DNA of 63,064 bases, filler included, from Octopus bimaculoides (Eukaryota): the NCBI RefSeq assembly GCF_001194135.2. It is 5 parts of 5 records of this genome, joined end to end, with 100 filler letters (N's around TTAATTAATTAA, not from the genome) between each part and the next. Parts side by side here need not be neighbours in the genome. Positions count along the whole stretch, not along the records: positions 37,797 to 59,048 come from NC_069003.1; positions 59,149 to 61,151 come from NC_068986.1; positions 61,252 to 63,064 come from NC_068990.1; 2 more parts are not named here. One strand, given 5' to 3'. The position numbers and the translations under genes are program-made. The first letter of the stretch is position 1; each line of letters opens with the position of its first letter. Shown piece after piece: positions 54,300 through 63,064 of the stretch. Below the pieces are notes generated by a model that worked only from the letters and a program-made list of their open reading frames with translations, ran no database searches and was not told where the DNA came from.

Positions 54300-54360
<61 letters not shown>
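54290..54360. repeat. (AAT)n microsatellite, about 23 units
   Basis: Directly visible. Confidence 0.95.
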
Positions 54361-54361
<1 letters not shown>

Positions 54362-54363
<2 letters not shown>

Positions 54364-54775
54364 GGACAATGGAAAGTTTAAACTGACATCTGTCATTTTA
54401 TTAACATAATATTATATTACCATTATGATATAGAAATAAATTTAATCCCTACAACTGTTTCAATTTAAACCCCAAAACCAAAATTTTATATTATAGAAAT
54501 ATTTGAGTAAGAATCTCACCAGCGTAAACTGGATGAAAATCATATATGAAAAGTTTGAAATCGTTAAAGGAGTCCGTTTTATGATTTCAAACTTCTGATA
54601 TGTGATTTTCACCCAGTTTACCTTGATGAGATTCTTACTCAAATATTTCTATAAATTTTTGGTTTTTGGGTTTGAATTGAGACAATTGTGGGGATTATAT
54701 TTATTTTCATATAATAATAATTATATTTTATGTTAATAAGTTGGCGTATGTTAGTTTAAACTCTCCATTTTCCTA
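54362..54775. mobile_element. Foldback/palindromic MITE-like element with about 205-bp arms and no spacer
   Basis: Left arm aatggaaagtttaaactgacat...tagaaatatttgagtaagaatctca..; right arm is its reverse complement (tgagattcttactcaaatatttcta...gtttaaactctccatt); axis near 54572. Confidence 0.8.
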
Positions 54776-54917
54776 TTATTATTGTATATTGTGCATATAT
54801 CCCCATTTGTATTGGAGAAAATTTTCGCTACCCCGTTGGGTACTAAACAGCCATCCAGTGAAAATTGGATGTTTTACATCCCTATAAGAAGAGCTTGTTT
54901 CCTTGTATCGGATCTTT

Positions 54918-54962
<45 letters not shown>

Positions 54963-55055
54963 ATATACGTACATACGTACACACACATCTACATATATAT
55001 ATATTTGTATATATATATGTATGTATGTATGTGTATGTGTGTGTATTCGTGTGAG

Positions 55056-55097
<42 letters not shown>

Positions 55098-55344
55098 CAT
55101 ATACTCCGATGTCCAAATACTCCAATGTACCAATAAAGGCAGTACACTCAGGATTGTTGGACACGGATGACTAAATTTCATAATACAAACGTAGAATCGA
55201 ATAAATCGCAAGCGATGTTGACGAGAAACTCTGAGCCCTGAATATAAGTATTCAATGCTTGTGGTATAATATGTTTGTAGTGCGTGTATAGTGTGTGAGT
55301 ATAACTGCAGGTGCGTAGCCTAGTCGCTAGTGGTATCGCACTCA

Positions 55345-55386
<42 letters not shown>

Positions 55387-56269
55387 AAATTTTCTCTGTT
55401 TATATTATACTGAGAANNNNNNNNNNNNNNNNNNNNNNNNNNNNNNNNNNNNNNNNNNNNNNNNNNNNNNNNNNNNNNNNNNNNNNNNNNNNNNNNNNNN
55501 NNNNNNNNNNNNNNNNNNNNNNNNNNNNNNNNNNNNNNNNNNNNNNNNNNNNNNNNNNNNNNNNNNNNNNNNNNNNNNNNNNNNNNNNNNNNNNNNNNNN
55601 NNNNNNNNNNNNNNNNNNNNNNNNNNNNNNNNNNNNNNNNNNNNNNNNNNNNNNNNNNNNNNNNNNNNNNNNNNNNNNNNNNNNNNNNNNNNNNNNNNNN
55701 NNNNNNNNNNNNNNNNNNNNNNNNNNNNNNNNNNNNNNNNNNNNNNNNNNNNNNNNNNNNNNNNNNNNNNNNNNNNNNNNNGTATAAAGTAAAGGATTAT
55801 CCCAAAACGATAACCAGTTTATTCTCAGCTAAGTATTCAAAATATATTATTCAACAGTTAACATATAAATCCAATAAAGTTCTTATAAGATAAGAAGGTA
55901 GGCGAATATTCCTTCGGATAATTCTGAATATATTTCCTTAACCATATAGGATTCCTGGAGTATAAATACTGACAATATTAAAAATAAGAATTACTCCGAA
56001 TTAGCAATAGCATCACCTTTAATTCTATAATTATATACCGTCTTCAATTGCACCGATTAGTAATCGTTTCAGTTGAACCCTACTATAAAACTGTGCAGTC
56101 TATTCAGGGTCTTAATTTGATATCCCTCGAAATGGCCATTTAATGATTTCCTTTTATAAACACTGCGTTGTATAATGTAGAGTTATCCGTTAAGTCAGAC
56201 GCGGACAATCTCTATTTCAAGTTCTTATTGGATAATCATTTTCAGTCCATGTATAGTTTAAATGATAAT

Positions 56270-58870
56270 TATTCGCTTACATTTGGCAAATGTAAATTTC
56301 CTCTTGTGCAAACTTTTTAGTGTTTGCCCTTGTCTAGAATTTATTACATTACCCCTGAATGTAAAAATCCTGTAAAAGTTTTCTAACCATAGGTCACATT
56401 TATTGGTTCCAGGTCTGTATGGTTTTGAAGTACATATTAACTCCCATTTAATCGTATAGTCCTTGTTACTGTCCTTGAAAGAGCAGCTTTATTTGCTAAG
56501 ACTCGTTTGGAATGTTTTTATTTTTTCCCTTAAATGAACTTAAAGGATTTGTCAGTCTCCTCTTGAATATAAATGATGCCCGATGTAAAGGAATTATTTG
56601 CCCTCAGATGCAACTTTACATCTATATATTACATTTTAAGTTTTACACTTATTTTCCACATAACAGGATTCCTGTATAGAACAATTGCAAAGATAGCCTT
56701 TTATATTTCCGTCAGATTTAGTTTCAATTTGATCATTGATTGTAGAATTAAACTGATGTCCATCAAGTTCTCTATTATTATTATTTACTCTTTTAGATAA
56801 CGTTGTCTTTGTTCTATTTCAAGCTGAACTTTTGTTCGATTTGACGTTAATATTTATGTTAAATTGAGTCGTTTACCTTTCCACGACGTTTAGCGTTTCT
56901 TTCTTCTTGAGTTTCTTTATTCCTTTTGACGTCGAATTTATTATGCTATTCTAATTGTAATCGCTGTTTTTGAAATTTCAATATTATTTTGATATTATTT
57001 GCTGTTATAATTTGTGCAATATTATGACCAAGACAATAGCCCAGTCTAATTTTATGCCGATTAAAAACTTTGTAATATCTATGGTTCCCTGGGGAAATAA
57101 TTTTGAATTGATATATTAAACAATTTGAAAAACTATAATTGACCTGTTTACCAAATGGAACAATTAACCATAAAGTATTTTGCGAGTTAAGATCATAATT
57201 TTGCCTTGTGTATCCGTTTTTCGAAGGAGGAAGTATTCTCTGATTTCGATCCATTTTAAAGTTAGCGTTTATTTCACTTTTATTTTTATCGTTGAATCTT
57301 TTAGCTGATTCCATATTAAAAAAAATTGCGATTTTATTAGAGAATACGACATCCTCATTTCCATTAGAAGTACGAGAATTTAAAAACCGATTATCAAGAA
57401 TTTTACGATTTTTTTGTTTCGTTATGAATATAAATGTTCACCTTTTAATTCTCACTATTAAAATCTTGTTACTTTATCAATTTGAATATTTGATTTTAAA
57501 TCTTCATCACTAACATTTGTTATAAGTAGATTTGTTTATACTACAAGATATCAGGTCTGCAATATCAATATTACTATATAAATCTGATTCGATATTTGAC
57601 TTATTAAACATAATTTTATCATTATACCCCGCTTTCCTAAGTGCCAAGTTGTAGTAGCCTTCATTAAGTTTGAAAATATTCTCATTGGCTGACAATTAGC
57701 TTATCCTACAGGAAACGTTATTTATAAGTAAGTTTGTTACTTATTTGGGTTGATTACTTCTATTTATATATTTTATGTTTTCATTAGGTTTATGAAAGAG
57801 TATATAAATTCTTTTTTTGATCTCCAACGTAACATCTAAGACGTTAGCAGATTCATGTTCATCTTCTATCGTTATAGACAGACCTACAGTTTTAAAGAAC
57901 CCAAAAAATCTCTTTCTAGATTTTGCCAACTTTCTACGTGATGTGTTTACAATTGTAAAAAGGGCTTCGTCCCTATATAAACCTCTTGCTATTTCAGGAA
58001 ATTCCCTATTTAAAGAAAACAATATATAAATTCAGTTTCAGCGTGGAAGATGCACAAGCCATTTAAGAACACACAACAAACCGTTAGATTCACTTCAACA
58101 TTCAAATTTAATTTGTGTCAAGATATTTACGTTGCTTTGAAACCGCGACCTATTCACTGACAAAATATATAAATTCCTACCAAATCAGCAACTGGTGCCG
58201 AATCTGTAGAACCCATAGTAATATCAAACATTCTGTTTATCCTTCCTAATCCAATATTTATTCTAAAATTTAATGATAGATTTTCTAGCCGCCAAAATAA
58301 CATCTACTTCATCCCTAGTTATTCCCGAATTGTTTTTTTTTTTTTGGCAAACATCAGCAGCACTGGGTTTAGAGAAGCATATTAATTAGAAATATCTACC
58401 TGGATGAATTTAGTTTTATCCGTATTTTGTATTTGTGTAAACTAGTTAATCATTTCATTTGAACTGGAGCAAAAATTTAGCTTAATTATACCCTAAGTTT
58501 TGGTGTATATTTATTTAATATGAATTCACTAATTCTACCAGATTTACTAATTCTGTCAGATTTAGAAGGACATACAAGTCTAAATATTAGATAAGAATCA
58601 AATTTAGGTTTATGGTCCTTAAGAATAATTATTGGTACCTTAGGTTCATAAGGTTCCGTTTTATCTTCCAAGTTATATCTTAGAATAATTTCTTTTGCTT
58701 GAAGTTTTAGTTATTTCAGGTTTTTGGAATCCGTAATTCTATAAGTTTTAATTATCTATTTCCTTAGAAGTGAGTGGTACACTGAGTAGTTTAAATGGTA
58801 AAGGTTACCCGTTTTATCAGGATGAAACATTTTTATCCGAAATTTCTTTAGTTAAAAGTATGTAGTTCTT
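56270..58870 (-). mobile_element. Near full-length degraded Penelope-like (Naiad-like) retroelement, RT plus GIY-YIG
   Basis: DKTGNL, IILKDHK..F...RL.CPSKS, GLYRDE, LDVTL...Y..FHKPN...YINRSN.P, Y..AL.KAGY, KVFNRH.I.LGY, CNC...C..C..VIY.C.V...LYIG, TSLSK...KWE..SKPY.PG..KCDL, HKRKF. Confidence 0.92.
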
Positions 58871-59012
58871 ATGTGTGTGTATGTGTATGTGTGTGTGTGT
58901 GTGTGTATTAGCTTGTGAACGCAGAAATGTGGTGGTCATTACACACACACATGTACATGTTTCATTATATATATATATATTTATGTATATATATATATAT
59001 ATATATATGTAT

Positions 59013-59048
<36 letters not shown>

Positions 59049-59092
59049 NNNNNNNNNNNNNNNNNNNNNNNNNNNNNNNNNNNNNNNNNNNN

Positions 59093-59104
59093 TTAATTAA
59101 TTAA
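59093..59104. other. Assembly linker TTAATTAATTAA
   Basis: Flanked by 44 N on each side. Confidence 0.95.
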
Positions 59105-59158
59105 NNNNNNNNNNNNNNNNNNNNNNNNNNNNNNNNNNNNNNNNNNNNATCTGTAGCA

Positions 59159-59203
59159 CGAACGGACCCGGGTTTCAGGGTTATTTCCCTTCGTCAGCGT
59201 CCG
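59159..59203 (-). ncRNA. Minimal type I hammerhead ribozyme
   Basis: Minus strand: CGGACG-CUGACGA-AGGG-AAAUAA-CCCU-GAAA-C-CCGG-G-UC-CGUUCG. Complete catalytic core, 6-bp stem I (one G-U), 4-bp stem II, palindromic ACCCGGGU stem III, GUC cleavage triplet (cut between 59165 and 59164). Confidence 0.87.
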
Positions 59204-61195
59204 ATAGCCACTGATCTTTGATGAGAGAGACAAAATCTTGGCAATCTTATATCTATTTTTCCAGTGAAATTCTTCACTGATATCGAAAAGGTGAAAACAA
59301 ACAATGTTAATTCTCTAAATGAAGTATTAACAGTAACTGCACGATAAAGTGTAGTATATTGCCACTTAAGTGTGGCTGACCCTGTTGCTTTTAGCCCCAG
59401 GAGGACATCTCCTCCAACTGGCTTATCGACACACTACTGTGTCCTGTTTGCCAAGGGAAGTTATCCCTCCCATCACGATCTGTATATTTGTATCATGAAA
59501 GCCGAAAAAGTGAATACTAGACTAAAGAAGCACTGTAATACCGAAGCATTTAAATAAGTCAGGTATTGTGGTAAGAACCAACGAAAACACATATGAATGA
59601 GTGCAATTTAGAAAATATTCCAATAAATATTTGTATTTGTTCGAAGTCTTCTATTTTTGTGTTTCTACCTCTCTGTGTCTGTATGTGTGTGTGTGCGTGT
59701 GTGCTTATTATAAAAGAAAGAAACAATATACTCTCTTACTTCTGTAGAAATAGCTAGCCTCTGGTTCAGGTTTGGGCTTATGCCAAATCTCTAGTGAAGT
59801 GTGTAAGGACTTTGAAGGAAAACACTGTGCAATATATCATTAAGTGCAATATGCTGGAAAGGTGTAAACCTTACTTTAACAGCAGCAGTATACGAAAGCT
59901 CTGCTTAACTAAAATGAAATAACCATACTGGAGACTTCTCTCCATCCGGACACCAACGAAAACCTTAAAAGTGAGATTTTATTCTCTAACACTGATAAGT
60001 GCAAATTTGCACTGCTATACTGGTTGACCATGATATTAATATAAACATTGGAGCATCCACACAGTTTTTTCCCCACATCGAAATGATTGGAAGGATCGAG
60101 ATGTGGCAGTTCCAGTTCAAGTGACCATCCAGGTTCGCATTCAGAGAAGTGTTTGTGCCAGTTTCTGTTTTCCGACCCCAGGCTGACTCTTTCTTGAGTG
60201 ACGCGCTTCCAGATTAACCATAGGACAAGCGATTTGGTGTACTGTTTTAGTTTTCCTTTTTGCTTCGTTAGTCATATTTGTGCTACATAAAAATAGTTAG
60301 CCTTGAACCCTGTATTGTGCCAGATGGAGGGACGGTTGTTGTCTCCGCAACTTATTTCAACTCTGCCATTAATACCGTTACAGTTACTTTAACCTTGCTT
60401 TTACAATATTGCTCATCGTTAGTTGCCACCAATAATGACTTGATCTGTATCAGTGTGGCTAAATTTTGTAGCCATGGCGACAGTATAACCGTTATTTAAA
60501 TCTGCCGTCTTTGCTACTACTACTGAGTGGCATTATTAAATGTTGTTTAGTTTCGACTTTTATCTTGTACTTGAGATAATCATAAATATGTGAGAGTTGA
60601 AGGGAATAGTAGGAGAAAGAGGAACAGCTTGGTGAATAGACGACTACAGTCCACAGGTTTGTAAATAGGTATGGCAGATGGTGAGAAGGCGATTAACATT
60701 GGGAAATTGGCATTCCTGTACGATCCGGAGACAAAAGAAGCCTCACATTATCATCATTATTATTATTTTATGTTTGACTTTTGTTTTGCATTTGTACAAG
60801 TTGGATCCAAGTCTCACCCAGAGACCTCAAGAGACAACAAATTAGAAGTTCATGTAGGTGTTATGCCTAGGGTACCATATATTTGGATTTGTACAGTTTT
60901 GTTCTAGTGAATGTTTAAGAAACCATAAGAAAATTATGTGTTTGCTTTAAAATTTGAGATCACATAGACAGTATTTTACGTAGGATATGGGCAGTTCCCA
61001 TGAGCACTATCTTTTGAACTTCAGCCATTTTGGGGTTTCCTGGTATCTGAGCTAGGTAGTAATCAGTCCGTTTCGCTGTCATTCCCAGGGCACCTATAAC
61101 AATAGGTATCGTTTTCGTCTTCAGATTCCACATTTTGCTAATTTCTATTTCNNNNNNNNNNNNNNNNNNNNNNNNNNNNNNNNNNNNNNNNNNNN

Positions 61196-61207
61196 TTAAT
61201 TAATTAA
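61196..61207. other. Assembly linker TTAATTAATTAA
   Basis: Flanked by 44 N on each side. Confidence 0.95.
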
Positions 61208-61251
61208 NNNNNNNNNNNNNNNNNNNNNNNNNNNNNNNNNNNNNNNNNNNN

Positions 61252-61279
<28 letters not shown>

Positions 61280-61288
<9 letters not shown>

Positions 61289-61810
61289 ACTACATATGTG
61301 GAAAATCGGTGTGTTTGTTTGTGCCGTTGTAGGCTAACTCCTCCTACATCGTTTTATTGATTTTGATGAAACTTCACACGTGAGTAGAACTCGTGTCTGG
61401 AAACTTCGTGGCATACGTAGATTGTTGAAAAATCGATAATACGACCCCTGGAAGGGATCATTATATCTATCTCATATAACTAATTTTTTAAACACCCAAG
61501 GGAAATAACCCATAGCACCTATACAATATTTTTTAAACACTCAAGGGAAATAATCCATTTTATTGTTTATGTTCGATTACTTTGAATATTGATCTTATGT
61601 GTGTCCTATTTCTAATTTTTGTAGACAATATCACTTTTATACTTTATTTGACACGTGAGTAGAACTCCTGTCTGAAAACCTCGTGACATACTTAGATTGT
61701 TGAAATAAATCGATAATAGGGCCCTTCCAATGGATCATTCTATCTACTACATATTACTAATATTTTATTCAAACAACCCAAGAGAAATAACCCATACCAC
61801 CTGCAGATTT
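61280..61810 (+). mobile_element. Non-autonomous element with an internal ~150-bp direct repeat, possibly Helitron-like
   Basis: Starts after (TA)n; has gtgtttgtttgt and gattttgatgaaacttcacac; acacgtgagtagaactc..tgtctg.aaac.tcgtg.catac.tagattgttgaaa at 61376 and 61651. No 3' CTAG end identified. Confidence 0.45.
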
Positions 61811-62242
61811 TAGAAAAGCGATCAATATTAGATTCTCACGATCGGCCGACCTAATACTGCCTTTCACTACTCAGTTTTGAACAGCTAAACATTATTATTG
61901 CACTTCCTTAATTTGAATCATAAACATTAAAGACTTCATTCATACATTTCTATACATACATACTTCTTTGAATGCCCATTACTCCGATAACACCAACCTC
62001 TGACTATCTCTCTCCCTAACCTCCGAAAACCACTCTCGCCAACCTCCAACAATCTCTTTCTCTTTCAGCTGACAAATTTTTGTACTTTTCCGTGACGGAA
62101 AATACACATTTCGTGGCAGTTGTAACGTGATTGCTTTCTTATAACAGAGTAATAAGGCGTTTCAATAGAACATAATTACCTCCGGGACTGGGTACACTAG
62201 CTAGTATATATATAATGTATATATATATATGTATATATATAT

Positions 62243-62395
62243 ATTCTCTCCCTGTTTATTTCTGTGTTCCTTTCTGTCAAAGAGCGTAGGCTCGAAACGT
62301 AAAAGACTTTCTCACTTCCCGAGTGTTAAACTAATACATCTGTTTGCTGTTTACCACACGTCTTTGTTTTTTGTTTTTTGTAAATTCTCACTATA
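62243..62395 (+). mobile_element. Short PLE pLTR-like segment between (TA)n runs, with a decayed hammerhead-like motif at 62270-62305
   Basis: CUUU-CUGUCAA-A-GAGC-GUAG-GCUC-GAAAC-GUA-AAAG; stems intact, core differs from CUGANGA at 3 positions. Confidence 0.4.
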
Positions 62396-62800
62396 TATTA
62401 CACCTCACATGGTCGCACCAGATTTATCCTATCTCCACCTCCACTTCGAACTTTTCTTGGACTATTCTACCTGGATTCTCTACCTGGACTTTCTTCTACT
62501 CTCCTACACCTCGGTTGCATGTCTCCTACCCATATATTACACTGGAATTTTCCTTTGATGAGAAATCGCTCCAATACACCACAACGTTTGAACCTTTTGA
62601 ACTTTTCTAAACTTTTTTGTACTTTCTGCTTTTTCCTATTGTCGTTTCTCTCAGTCCGCACTTGTTACCTTGCCTCTCTCTCCCTCCCTTTCTTTTTCCC
62701 TTTTGTCTTCCCTTCTCCCTTTTTTCCTCTTTCTCTTTGTTCTTTTCCTTCTTCCTCTTTTCTCTTTTTGTTTTTTATTTTTTCTTCTCCCACCTCTTCT

Positions 62801-62896
62801 ATTTTTTCTCCTTACGCTATTTGCATTTTTTCTCCTCACGCCTTTTGCATTTTTTCTCCCTACACCTTTTGAATTTTTCCTCCTCACGTCTTTATT
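62801..62896. repeat. 24-bp minisatellite, about 4 copies, in a pyrimidine-rich tract
   Basis: attttttctccttacgctatttgc / attttttctcctcacgccttttgc / attttttctccctacaccttttga / atttttcctcctcacgtcttt. Confidence 0.85.
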
Positions 62897-63064
62897 GCCT
62901 TTCTTTCTCCCCCACTTTTTTTCTTTTTTTCTTTTTTCTCCTTTCTCTCTCTTTTCTTCTCGTTTTTCAATCATGCCCGATTACAAACCTTTCCTCCTCC
63001 ACCTTCACCACCGCCTAAAAAAACCACCTTTCCACACTTCCTTTCCGCTGTTTTCAACCTTCTA

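Noticed and set aside
1-63064. CRISPR arrays, rRNA genes, prokaryotic operons
   Set aside because: None seen; tandem repeats lack unique spacers and the sequence is eukaryotic repeat-rich DNA.

Overview
AT-rich, heavily gapped eukaryotic DNA with no host protein-coding exon that I can support. The SINE families and the dense (TA)n, (CA)n, (GATA)n and triplet microsatellites look like a cephalopod genome, probably Octopus; this is inferred from repeat content only. Almost all ORFs in the supplied track are microsatellite or N-gap artefacts. The recognisable content is transposable-element debris. It includes four fragments of one Penelope-like (PLE, probably Naiad-type) family, one near full length at about 56.3-58.9 kb, plus a second PLE type. 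There are R4/Dong-like restriction-endonuclease LINEs next to (TAA)n, and a related LINE 3' end embedded in (CATA)n. DNA transposon remains comprise Tc1 and maT-like fossils, an uninterrupted 231-aa N-terminal half of a Cys-rich transposase, a hAT MITE with a perfect 8-bp TSD, a 410-bp foldback element and Helitron-like remains. About 20 tRNA-derived SINE copies are present, several with clear TSDs. The most interesting signals are RNA-level: a complete minimal type I hammerhead ribozyme at 59159-59203 (-), a second plausible one at 17700-17760 (-), and several decayed ones. Four TTAATTAATTAA islands, each between two 44-N runs, are assembly linkers. All family assignments come from remembered motifs and manual translation, not database searches.
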